NCBI GenBank assembly: GCA_963698975.1
Contig: CAVOSV010000003.1
Coordinates: forward strand, 591,199-655,198
DNA from: an uncultured Gemmatimonadales bacterium
GTDB taxonomy: Bacteria; Gemmatimonadota; Gemmatimonadetes; Gemmatimonadales; GWC2-71-9
Length of the DNA: 64,000 nt
Reading direction: 5' to 3'
Shown here: piece after piece, positions 33,209 to 41,631 of the stretch
How positions within the stretch are numbered: position 1 is the first letter of the stretch
Layout of the letters: the number at the start of each line of letters is the position of its first letter
Notes under the pieces: generated by a model
Database searches by the model: none
What the model was told of the DNA's origin: nothing
What the model saw: only the letters and a program-made list of their open reading frames with translations
Made by a program: the position numbers and the translations under genes

Positions 33209-35731
33209 TCACCCACATTCGCTGAAGCCGCACACGTGGCACTTCATGCAGCCCTCGGCAAACTCGAGCTGGGATCCGCAGTCCGGACAGGCACCCGACA
33301 GCATTTCCTGCATCCCGCCAAATATCATCTGTTCTCCCCGGGCCCCCGATTGGCCTATGGGCTGGTTCACCACCGGAGCAAGCTCGGCCTGAGGACCGGT
33401 CTTGCTTCCGGGCAGGAGCTCCTGCTGGATGCCCTGCTTCTCCTGCATCCACCGTTCGATGGCAATACCGACGGCGTCTGGGACCGAAAGAATTTTGTTC
33501 GGCCCCAAACCGATCACGCGATCCGAGCTGATGCCGCGGAGCTGACGATAGATCTCTTTGATGGGGATTCCCGAGCGCAATGCCAGACTGATCAGACGCC
33601 CCAGCGACTCCACGTCGGCCATCAGGGCACCGCCGGCCTTGCCCAATGTCATGAAGACCTCGAAGGGCTGGCCCCTGTCGTCTTCCGTGATGGTGACGTA
33701 GAGCGTTCCGAGCGGCGTCTCAACCCGCCGGGTGGTGCCGCGCAGGACCTCGGGCCGGGAGCGCTTCTGCCGCCGCTGGAGGTTTTCCGACTCCAGCTCG
33801 AGCACAATCCTCTGAAGCCGCTCGTTTTCAGCCCGCAACTCCGCGATCTCACCGTGCAGATCAGCAGTGCCGGTGATTTCTTGCGTCACTTTTCCGACTT
33901 TCCCGTCCTTCCCGACCTGCTCCGTCACCTTCTTGGCGGTAGACCCGGCCGATAGAACCTGCATGTCCCGACTGCCATCACGGTAGACGGTTACGCCCTT
34001 GCAGTTGAGCCGGTAGGCCAGCCGGTAGATCTCCTCGACGTATTCCTCGGACGCGTCATGGGCGAAGTTGCAGGTCTTCGAGATGGCGCTGTCGTTGTAC
34101 TCCTGAAACGCAGCCTGCATCCGGATGTGCCACTCGGGCTTGATGGCGTTGGCGGTGACGAAGACTCGCTGCCACTTGGCCGGCACCTCGGGGAAATCGA
34201 TGTGGCCGGTCTCGGCGATCTTCCGCATGAGCTCGTCCGAGTACCAGCCCTCCGCCTTGGCGATGGCGATGAAATCCTCATTCACGTCGGGCATCAGGAC
34301 TCCGGCCTGATTGCGCATGAATGCGACGGCAAAGAGGGGCTCAATGCCGGAACTGCACCCGGCGATGATAGAAATCGTGCCGGTGGGGGCCACAGTGGTG
34401 ACGTTGCAGTTCCGGAGCCGCCGCATGGGTCGAACCCGTTCGCCCTGAGCGTTGCGAGCGCAGGTCTCATCGGGACCCCAGATGCTTCGCTCCCATTCGG
34501 GAAACGTTCCCCGCTGGGCGGCGAGCCGCTCGGATTCCTGCTTACCCTCCTCATCCACGAACCGCTGGATCTTGCGGCCGAGGGCTACTCCTTCGTCTGA
34601 ATCGTAGGGCACGCCCAGCTTCACGAAGACGTCGGCGAGGCCCATGACTCCCAGCCCAATCCGGCGGATCCTCTGGGCCAAGTCGGTGATCTCCGGCAGC
34701 GGATATTGATTGGCGTCGATCACGTTCTCCAGGAAGTGGGTGGAGAGGTGCACCACGCGCCGGAGCTCATCCCAATCAATCTCCTTCCCGTTCTTCTTCC
34801 CGTCCTCTTTAACAAACGCGCCCAGGTTGATCGATCCGAGATTGCAGACGTCGTAGGGCAGCAGCGGTTGCTCCCCGCAGGGGTTGGTAGCCTCGTAGGC
34901 ACCCAGATGGGGAACCGGGTTGTAGTCGTTGGCGCGATCAATAAAGAACACGCCGGGCTCGCCCGTCTTCCAGGCACCGTGGATGATGAGCTGCCACACT
35001 TCGCGAGCCTTGAGCTGGCCGGTGACTTGGCCGGTCTTGGGATGGATCAAATCGTAGAGCCCGTCGGCTTCTACCGCAGCCATGAATGCATCGGTGACGG
35101 CAACCGAGATGTTGAAGTTGGTGATCTTGGTTGTGTCGTCCTTGCAGGTGATGAACTCCAGAATGTCCGGGTGGTCGACCCGGAGAATGCCCATGTTGGC
35201 GCCCCGACGGGTGCCGCCCTGCTTGACCACATCGGTCGATGCGTCGAACAGCGACATGAAGGACACCGGCCCGGAGGCCACGCCCATGGTGGAGCGCACG
35301 ATGTCGTTTTTGGGCCGAAGGCGGGAGAAGCTGAAGCCGGTGCCACCTCCCGACTGGTGGACCAGCGCCATGGCCCGCAGGGTGTCATAGATGCCGCTCT
35401 TGCCGTTGGAGAGCGCATCATCCACCGGAAGCACGAAGCAGGCGGAGAGCTGGCCCAGAGGGCGGCCCGCGTTCATCAAGGTGGGGGAGTTGGGCACAAA
35501 GAGGCGGTTGGCCATGAGCCCGAAGAAGTCGGCGGCCACCTGCTCAACCTGTTCGGACGATGCACCATAGCGGGCCTCGGCCTCGGCTACAGTTCGGGCC
35601 ACCCGCCGGAACAGGTCACTCGGACTTTCGACTGGCGTCCCGGTCTCGTCTTTCAGCAGATAGCGCTTCTCGAGCACCGTGATCGCATTGGGCGAAAGTC
35701 GGACCGCGTCCCGTGGGGTGGACGATTTCAT
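33209..35731 (-). CDS. nrdJ: Adenosylcobalamin-dependent (class II) ribonucleotide reductase
   Basis: ATNPCGEQPLLPYDVCNLGSINL active-site region and a C-terminal Cys4 zinc ribbon CPDCGSQLEFAEGCMKCHVCG. 840 aa. Confidence 0.9.
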   Translation of the reverse strand: MKSSTPRDAVRLSPNAITVLEKRYLLKDETGTPVESPSDLFRRVARTVAEAEARYGASSEQVEQVAADFFGLMANRLFVPNSPTLMNAGRPLGQLSACFVLPVDDALSNGKSGIYDTLRAMALVHQSGGGTGFSFSRLRPKNDIVRSTMGVASGPVSFMSLFDASTDVVKQGGTRRGANMGILRVDHPDILEFITCKDDTTKITNFNISVAVTDAFMAAVEADGLYDLIHPKTGQVTGQLKAREVWQLIIHGAWKTGEPGVFFIDRANDYNPVPHLGAYEATNPCGEQPLLPYDVCNLGSINLGAFVKEDGKKNGKEIDWDELRRVVHLSTHFLENVIDANQYPLPEITDLAQRIRRIGLGVMGLADVFVKLGVPYDSDEGVALGRKIQRFVDEEGKQESERLAAQRGTFPEWERSIWGPDETCARNAQGERVRPMRRLRNCNVTTVAPTGTISIIAGCSSGIEPLFAVAFMRNQAGVLMPDVNEDFIAIAKAEGWYSDELMRKIAETGHIDFPEVPAKWQRVFVTANAIKPEWHIRMQAAFQEYNDSAISKTCNFAHDASEEYVEEIYRLAYRLNCKGVTVYRDGSRDMQVLSAGSTAKKVTEQVGKDGKVGKVTQEITGTADLHGEIAELRAENERLQRIVLELESENLQRRQKRSRPEVLRGTTRRVETPLGTLYVTITEDDRGQPFEVFMTLGKAGGALMADVESLGRLISLALRSGIPIKEIYRQLRGISSDRVIGLGPNKILSVPDAVGIAIERWMQEKQGIQQELLPGSKTGPQAELAPVVNQPIGQSGARGEQMIFGGMQEMLSGACPDCGSQLEFAEGCMKCHVCGFSECG

Positions 35732-35906
35732 GAACTCCCCGCCTGGTAAGGGTAGCGTCTCAGAAGGCCGGCCCTGAGGTCCAGCCGAAAACGGAAGGCC
35801 AAGCTAGGACCCGAGACCAACCGAGACAATACCTGAGGAAATGCCCGACAATACGGGCGATCCTGCTGTTCACATCACAAATATAAAGCCGATGTAGACA
35901 AGTGGA

Positions 35907-36494
35907 TTAGGGTGAATTGGTGGGGAGAAAAAGGAGGGGATACCGGCCGGCCTTGTGAGCCCGGGCTTCCTCGACGTAGTGCTTCCAGGTGGCGGCAATC
36001 CGCTCTGCCAGAGCGGCATCCACCTGACGGACGATGCGTCCCGGAACACCCATGACGAGGGACCGGGGTGGAATCTCCATTCCCTCAGGCACCACAGCTC
36101 CCGCGGCCACCACGCTTCCATTCCCAATGCTGACCCCGTTGAGCAGTACGCTCCCCATGGCAATGAGGCAGTCATCCCCTACCGTGCAGCCATGGAGGAC
36201 GACTCGGTGGCCAACGCCGACCCGCGCTCCCACGGTGCAAGGCACGCCCTCGTCCACGTGGACCACCGTACCATCCTGGATGTTGGATTGAGCGCCGATG
36301 ACGATCGGAGCCATGTCGCCCCGCACCACGGCGTGGTACCAGATGCTGGCGCTTTCGCCCAGAGTCACGTCGCCCATCACGGCAGCGGTGGGCGCGACGA
36401 AGGCGGAGGGATGGATCCTGGTCAGCGAGAGTCCTTTACTGTTGCTGGGCCGGAGGGAACAGCATCTGGGTCCAACCCTCGACCGGAGCCCCAT
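35907..36494 (-). CDS. Gamma-carbonic-anhydrase-like hexapeptide-repeat protein (YrdA/PaaY family)
   Basis: IHPSAFVAPTAAVMGDVTLGESASIWYHAVVRGD and left-handed beta-helix repeats. The start at 36494 overlaps the kinase 3' end by 59 nt. Confidence 0.8.
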   Translation of the reverse strand: MGLRSRVGPRCCSLRPSNSKGLSLTRIHPSAFVAPTAAVMGDVTLGESASIWYHAVVRGDMAPIVIGAQSNIQDGTVVHVDEGVPCTVGARVGVGHRVVLHGCTVGDDCLIAMGSVLLNGVSIGNGSVVAAGAVVPEGMEIPPRSLVMGVPGRIVRQVDAALAERIAATWKHYVEEARAHKAGRYPLLFLPTNSP

Positions 36495-38472
36495 CCTTCA
36501 GCGCCGGGTGCCAGGTAACCGTCCACACGAAATTGCGAACGGCCCGTTCGAAGGCTGGATCGTTTGAGGGATGGAGCCGCATGATGTCCACCGTCCTCCC
36601 TTCGGCGGAGACTTTGACCCACAGAAGAGATGGACGCGGTGAAGACTGCGCATCCGGGGGGAGTGCGACAAAGGGAGGGTTGACCGGTTTGGGCCGCTCC
36701 TCATAGCAGGAGCCATCGGCGTTGTAGCCCGGACCCGGCACACAGCCCGGTTCGGCTTGGCGGCGCGCCTCGGGCTTGGCGGTCAGCGGAGCCCCGATCT
36801 GGGTGAGCTGCGGGGTAAGCTCCTCGACCGCCCCCGGGCGCACCACGATGGTATCAGAGTAGAAATTGTAGCGCGGCGCCGAGATGGCGAGCGCATGGGG
36901 GCCCGGCGCAAGCTTGGTAAGCGCCTGCGTGATCGGTTGCTCATCGATCATGACCGTAGATCCGCGCGGCAGACCGGACAGGCGGATGCCGCCGCTGTCC
37001 ACCGGTCCAACTACGTCATTGGGTGCGGCCGACCGGGCAGCCGATGAATCCCGGAACCGCTTGCCGGCCGCGGAGTCCGGCAGAAGGGGCGAGGAGGCTT
37101 TGGGTGAGGCGGCGGTGTCCCGCGGAGGAGTGAGAGTCTGAACTGCCGTGGTATCGATCCGCTGGCCGGTGTCACCCGCAGCCTTCAGGGAATCCGCCGG
37201 CTTCGCGGCAACCCCCACCGGGGCGAATCCGTGGACCGCGAAGTAGTAGAGGGCACCGCCCACGCCGCCCAACACCGCCAGCAGAATCCAGAGCCAGGCC
37301 CAGGACGACGAACTGCTGCGCATGGCCACTGAGCGGTCTGCTACCCGCCGGGGCACCTCGCGACGTTCCCGGGGCGTCATTCGCCGGTTGACCAGCGGAG
37401 AATCGAGCGGGGTGGTGGGTTGACTCACTATGGGTGGAAACGGCCCGCCACTCGCCACCGAGCCCATACCCGAGCCGGCAGCGGCCGCGGCGGGAACCAC
37501 GTTCGCCATGCTGGTGCGCACCGCTCCGGTTGCCGCGATGGGGTGACCCTGAAATGAGGCGATCAATTCCTCGCAGGTCTGATATCGATCAAACGGGTCC
37601 TTCATCAGCATCCGCTTGATGATTTCGAAGAGACGGCGCTCGTCCGCGGTGACCAAGCTGGGCGTGGGGATCGGCTCGGTGATGTGCTTATATCCGATCG
37701 AGAAGCTGTCCTCGCCATCGTAGGGCACGCTGCCGGTAAGGCACTGATAGGCGACAATGCCAAGGCTGTAGATGTCGCTCCGGCCGTCGATCGGCTGGGC
37801 CCGGGCCTGTTCCGGACTCATGTAGTGCGGAGTTCCGATGGACATGCCGGTCCCGGTGAGCTTCTGTCCGGACGCTGCCTTGGCGATGCCGAAATCGGTC
37901 AGCACGCTCTGCCCGAACTCGTCGAACATGATGTTGTCGGGCTTGATGTCGCGGTGTACGATGCCGCGCTGGGCCGCATAGCCCAGAGCACTCCCAGCCT
38001 CCAGCAGGAGCCGCCTAATCTCGGGCGGGGTCAGCTTCTTCCGGTGCCCCAGGATTCCAGACAGTGAGCCGCCCCGAAGAAATTTCATCACGAAGTAGAT
38101 GACCCGGTCAGAGCGGCCGACCCGGTAAATCGGAATGATGTTGGGGTGCTCCAGCTGAGCCGCCGTGCGCGCCTCCCGCTGGAAACGCTCCACGAATTCG
38201 GAGTCGAAGGCCAGGGAAAACGGCAGAACCTTGACCGCAACCTCCCGCTCCAGCTGCCGATCCTTGGCCCGGTAGACCATTGCCATCCCGCCCCGACCCA
38301 GCTCCTCGATGATGTCGTATTCGGCGGCGAGCGACTCCCGCACCAGGTCAAGCTCCTGCAGGACCCCCGTGGCAATGGCATGCACCGGAGTGGTGGCCAT
38401 CAGGTCCAAGCCGCAGGAGGGACAGAACTTCGATTTTCCGGTGATTTCGCTGCCACAGCGGGAGCAGAACAT
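36436..38472 (-). CDS. Ser/Thr protein kinase with N-terminal zinc ribbon, TM, PEGA-like and TonB-C-like extracytoplasmic domains
   Basis: Starts MFCSRCGSEITGKSKFCPSCG at ATG 38472. Kinase motifs VAVKVL, HRDIKPDN, DFGIAK, SPEQ. One TM (WAWLWILLAVLGGVGGALYYF). C-terminal ..WVKVSAEGRTVDI......PALKDGAPVEGW resembles the TonB C-terminal fold. Confidence 0.85.
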   Translation of the reverse strand: MFCSRCGSEITGKSKFCPSCGLDLMATTPVHAIATGVLQELDLVRESLAAEYDIIEELGRGGMAMVYRAKDRQLEREVAVKVLPFSLAFDSEFVERFQREARTAAQLEHPNIIPIYRVGRSDRVIYFVMKFLRGGSLSGILGHRKKLTPPEIRRLLLEAGSALGYAAQRGIVHRDIKPDNIMFDEFGQSVLTDFGIAKAASGQKLTGTGMSIGTPHYMSPEQARAQPIDGRSDIYSLGIVAYQCLTGSVPYDGEDSFSIGYKHITEPIPTPSLVTADERRLFEIIKRMLMKDPFDRYQTCEELIASFQGHPIAATGAVRTSMANVVPAAAAAGSGMGSVASGGPFPPIVSQPTTPLDSPLVNRRMTPRERREVPRRVADRSVAMRSSSSSWAWLWILLAVLGGVGGALYYFAVHGFAPVGVAAKPADSLKAAGDTGQRIDTTAVQTLTPPRDTAASPKASSPLLPDSAAGKRFRDSSAARSAAPNDVVGPVDSGGIRLSGLPRGSTVMIDEQPITQALTKLAPGPHALAISAPRYNFYSDTIVVRPGAVEELTPQLTQIGAPLTAKPEARRQAEPGCVPGPGYNADGSCYEERPKPVNPPFVALPPDAQSSPRPSLLWVKVSAEGRTVDIMRLHPSNDPAFERAVRNFVWTVTWHPALKDGAPVEGWTQMLFPPAQQQ

Positions 38473-38546
38473 AGCGCGCAAGCTACGCGGTGGCTTTGCT
38501 GAGTCAAGCGGAATCGCGTGGCGTATCGCGAGATGCTTTGCACTAA

Positions 38547-38656
38547 GCGGGGCAGCGGGATGGCTCGGCAGCGAGGGCGATTCGGCCTTGAAATTCGACT
38601 CCACTGCAAGATGGGAGGTAATTGCTGGACACTGACCTGCTGCCCCGCTGCCCCGC
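38547..38656. repeat. Perfect 13-bp inverted repeat, GCGGGGCAGCGGG / CCCGCTGCCCCGC, with an 84-nt spacer
   Basis: Arms at 38547-38559 and 38644-38656, in the divergent region between the kinase and the 150-aa gene. Shares the GCGGGGCAGCG motif with the dnaX repeat. Confidence 0.85.
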
Positions 38657-38750
38657 CACCATTGGCACGTAGAATGCAGCCAACCCGACCGGTGGTCCGG
38701 CTCCCCCCAGCCTCGGGACCCCCGCTTCCCGCCATCATTCTGGAGAACCT

Positions 38751-39203
38751 GTGGTCCCGTATCACACGATTGCCTTCAGCCAACAGAAGCTCCGGGCGGC
38801 TCTGCGCCGCGCTGCTGGTCAGGACCCGGCCTTCAACTATGGCTTCGTGGTACACTCGCGGCGGCAGCATGAGCGCCCCACCCTGGGGTTGATTACCCTG
38901 CACGGGGAGAGCCTGGCGTTTAACGAGCGGCTGTTGAAGTCGCTGGACGGGCTGCCCCTCTGGCTATTCGGTCACGCCCGGATAACCCTGATACCCGGGG
39001 TGGCCGTGGCACCGGCAGAGGGCGGTAGGACCAAGCAGGCCGACCGTCCCCTGGCCTCCATGCTCATGAACATCGCCACCTTCGACACCAGCACCGGGGT
39101 CACCCAGCATCTGGTTCAAGTGGAGGCGGTGGTCAAGGCGGAAAGCCTGGTTCAACCCCTGCTGATTCTCACGCCGTCGCGTCCCGCCGCCTGGCCGATG
39201 TGA
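38751..39203 (+). CDS. Hypothetical protein (150 aa)
   Basis: GTG start with GGAGAA upstream. Strong GC3 bias throughout. No family recognised. Confidence 0.5.
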   Translation: MVPYHTIAFSQQKLRAALRRAAGQDPAFNYGFVVHSRRQHERPTLGLITLHGESLAFNERLLKSLDGLPLWLFGHARITLIPGVAVAPAEGGRTKQADRPLASMLMNIATFDTSTGVTQHLVQVEAVVKAESLVQPLLILTPSRPAAWPM

Positions 39204-39216
39204 GGTAAGCGAGGAT

Positions 39217-39248
39217 GCGGGGAAGTGAGAAAGCGGGGAAGTGAGAAC
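39217..39248. repeat. 16-bp tandem duplication, GCGGGGAAGTGAGAA(A/C) x2
   Basis: Copies at 39217-39232 and 39233-39248 (15/16 identical). A C-rich inverted counterpart (CTTCCCAGCGTCCCCGCCTTCCCGCTTC) lies at 39330-39357. Confidence 0.85.
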
Positions 39249-39262
39249 CCGGCGAGCGATCC

Positions 39263-39308
39263 AAAGAAAAACACCTCCAGTTGTCAGTTTCTGGAGGTGT
39301 TCTTTTTT
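39263..39308. terminator. Bidirectional intrinsic terminator
   Basis: AAAGAAAA-AACACCTCCAG-ttgtcagttt-CTGGAGGTGTT-CTTTTTT: an 11-bp perfect stem with an A-tract on one side and a T-tract on the other. Lies between convergent genes. Confidence 0.85.
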
Positions 39309-39326
39309 CAGTTGGATTCTTACCTC

Positions 39327-41618
39327 CTACTTCCCAGCGTCCCCGCCTTCCCGCTTCGCGGCGTCTTTATCGTCGACCACCTGAAATTCCTGCGCTCGGT
39401 GATCGCGGCGCCCAGTCGCATCCACTACCAGGAGATCGAGCACGTAGTTCCCGGGCTTGAGCCGGCCGAGCTGAAGCCGTCGATGGGTACTCACCCGCGG
39501 ACTGGTGGCCTGTTCCTCGAACTTTAGTCGAATGGCTGCTCCGCCCCCGCCAAAAATCTTTCTGAAGATCCCACCGCCGGAGCCCTTCTTCTTAACGGTA
39601 AGCTCCACAGTATAAGGACTGGGCTTGAGCCCCTCGATCTCGTAATACAGCTCCACCTCGTCGCTGCGGCGATAGATCCGGAGCGGATTGAAAAGCACCG
39701 TATCATCGGGCGCACGGTGCCACGTCAGATTGGTGCTCCGGTTCCCCAGCACCAGATCGCTGAGATTCAGTCCGGCGGGCTGAGTTGGTCCGACCCGCAC
39801 CGAGTCGGTAGGTAGGGTAACCCCGGCAGCCTCTCCCTGTTGAATTGCCAGCCGGTAGTGCAGTGGGCCAGCAGGAACCGTGGTTTCCGCCCGTCCAACC
39901 AGATGCTCGTTGGGCGGCACCGGCGCCGGCGCCACGAAGTGACGAGTGGTATCCAGCGATGCGACCACCTGGTTCCGGCTGTCGAGTGCGACGAACCTGA
40001 GCCTGACGCTGTAGAGAAAGCCGCGGGTCACCGGAACCGGTTCGAGACTGGAGCCCGCAATGGCATAGGCGATCTGCACCTTGGGCCCGCTGGAATCGCG
40101 GCCGACGGCCAGCACTTCCGAGTGGGCCTTTAGCCGTTGAGGAAAGCGCAGCTCGTAGCTGTCGCTGCTGGTCCCTATGGCGATGCTCTCCTGGCCAACC
40201 CGGCGCTCCTGGCTTTGATAACGCCCGGTACTGCCGCGGTTGGCGCTCTGCAGCCGGCGGTATATTGGAGACAGCTCCTCCCGCGACAGCATCAGCTGCT
40301 CGGCCACCGCGTTGTCGGAGGCGTTGGCCTCTCCCTGCAGCTGTACTGCATTGCCGAATCCCAGCACATCGAAGAGGCTCTCGACCAGCTTGAAATCCTG
40401 CACGTCCTCCCGCGCGATAAAATGAAAAATCAGATCGCCGTCGGGCCGGGCGTAGCGCCAGGATTCGTTTGGCTCGAGTCCGGGTGCGGCGTAGCTGGCG
40501 CGGCTGGAAGGCTCGCCGTGGCGAATGTAGATGATTCCCCGATCGTCAAAATCCCGGCTCCCGGAACGATACCGCTCGACGATGTCGTAATGCCGGTTGT
40601 TGGTAGTCAGCTGGAAATTCTTGCGGGCGTAGAAGAGCCGGCGGTAATGCTCGCGAAGTCGTTCGCCGTCGGCGCGCAGCTCGGCTCGGTCCCGCTGACT
40701 CCAGAACCGCCGTAGATAGCGCGCCCGTTGCTCGCCCCGTTGCTGATCGAACTCACGCAGGACGCTGTCCGGGGCAATGGTGGCAAGATCGGCGCGATAG
40801 CCCGCCACCGTGGCCGAGTCGTCAGACGCCGCACCCTCGAAATACGGTGTGACACCGTCGAAACGGCCCATCAGGAAATCGGTGCGGGCGACCTCCAGGA
40901 GGCCGAGACCCCTGTTCTCGCCACGATCGAGGTAAGCGTTGAAAGCGGCCAGGGCGGAATCACCGTCTCCAACTTCCCGTTCCACCCGTCCCCGGGCGAG
41001 GAGAACCTCGGGCACGGCTTCAGCCGGGGTCTTCCCCGCCCGGCGCAGCGCTTCCAAGGCCACACCAAGCTTGATGTTCACTCGCTGTCGCAACGCGGTG
41101 TTGGCCAGATCGACCAGCCCGCGGGCGAAGGACGGGTCTACCTCGGCTGACTTGGCAAACGCCACCGCCGAGCGGGTCAATGCGTCCTTCCCCAGCATCG
41201 TCTTGAGCCCGGTCACGAAAGAAATTTGGGAGTCGCCCACCCCGTACTCCGCCAGTCCCATTCCGTACCAGGCGTAGGGCCAGGAAGGTTGAAGATCGAT
41301 GGCCCACTGGAACTCCGAGGCCGCATCGTCATAGTGGGAGTGACCACCCAAGTCGCCCAGTCGAAGCGAAAGGAACCCCAGCTTCAGATGCTGGACGCCA
41401 TCGTTGCGATGGACCTTGGCGGAATCGATCAGGTGCTTTTCGAGGGCGAGAAGTCCGATGGAATCGGAGGTGGATGCGAGGGAGTCGCGGAAGCGTTCCA
41501 GCTCGGCTCGATCGGGTGGGGCCTGAGCCCTGATCGAGCGGGGAAACAATGCCAGGATGACGAGGGCGAGAAGGCCGCAGTGCGACTGAAATTTCGATTG
41601 AGAACTGAATTGCAACAT
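39327..41618 (-). CDS. TPR plus GWxTD-family domain protein (secreted)
   Basis: Signal peptide and N-terminal TPR-like helices. Central ..RRFWSQRD....HYRRLFYARKNF....SRDFDDRGIIYIRHGEP....ESWRY...GDLIFHF matches the GWxTD-domain pattern, with a degenerate GWxTD motif. 13 nt downstream of the amidase gene. Confidence 0.55.
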   Translation of the reverse strand: MLQFSSQSKFQSHCGLLALVILALFPRSIRAQAPPDRAELERFRDSLASTSDSIGLLALEKHLIDSAKVHRNDGVQHLKLGFLSLRLGDLGGHSHYDDAASEFQWAIDLQPSWPYAWYGMGLAEYGVGDSQISFVTGLKTMLGKDALTRSAVAFAKSAEVDPSFARGLVDLANTALRQRVNIKLGVALEALRRAGKTPAEAVPEVLLARGRVEREVGDGDSALAAFNAYLDRGENRGLGLLEVARTDFLMGRFDGVTPYFEGAASDDSATVAGYRADLATIAPDSVLREFDQQRGEQRARYLRRFWSQRDRAELRADGERLREHYRRLFYARKNFQLTTNNRHYDIVERYRSGSRDFDDRGIIYIRHGEPSSRASYAAPGLEPNESWRYARPDGDLIFHFIAREDVQDFKLVESLFDVLGFGNAVQLQGEANASDNAVAEQLMLSREELSPIYRRLQSANRGSTGRYQSQERRVGQESIAIGTSSDSYELRFPQRLKAHSEVLAVGRDSSGPKVQIAYAIAGSSLEPVPVTRGFLYSVRLRFVALDSRNQVVASLDTTRHFVAPAPVPPNEHLVGRAETTVPAGPLHYRLAIQQGEAAGVTLPTDSVRVGPTQPAGLNLSDLVLGNRSTNLTWHRAPDDTVLFNPLRIYRRSDEVELYYEIEGLKPSPYTVELTVKKKGSGGGIFRKIFGGGGAAIRLKFEEQATSPRVSTHRRLQLGRLKPGNYVLDLLVVDATGRRDHRAQEFQVVDDKDAAKREGGDAGK

Positions 41619-41631
41619 CAGCCAGACCTCA

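Noticed and set aside
35732-35906. Cobalamin riboswitch or NrdR box in the nrdJ leader.
   Set aside because: No B12-box (GCCACTG-type core) is present. The only dyad, ACATC-N14-GATGT around TTTATATTTGTGATGT, matches the NrdR-box palindrome only at its ends. There are only short 5-bp hairpins.
36423-36437. A fourth CTG start (AAGGA-N6-CTG at 36425) for the gamma-CA-like gene.
   Set aside because: The residues upstream of that CTG (LRPSNSKGLS) still resemble the family N-terminus (..YP..GK.P.I), so the ATG at 36494 is the more likely start despite its 59-nt overlap with the kinase gene.
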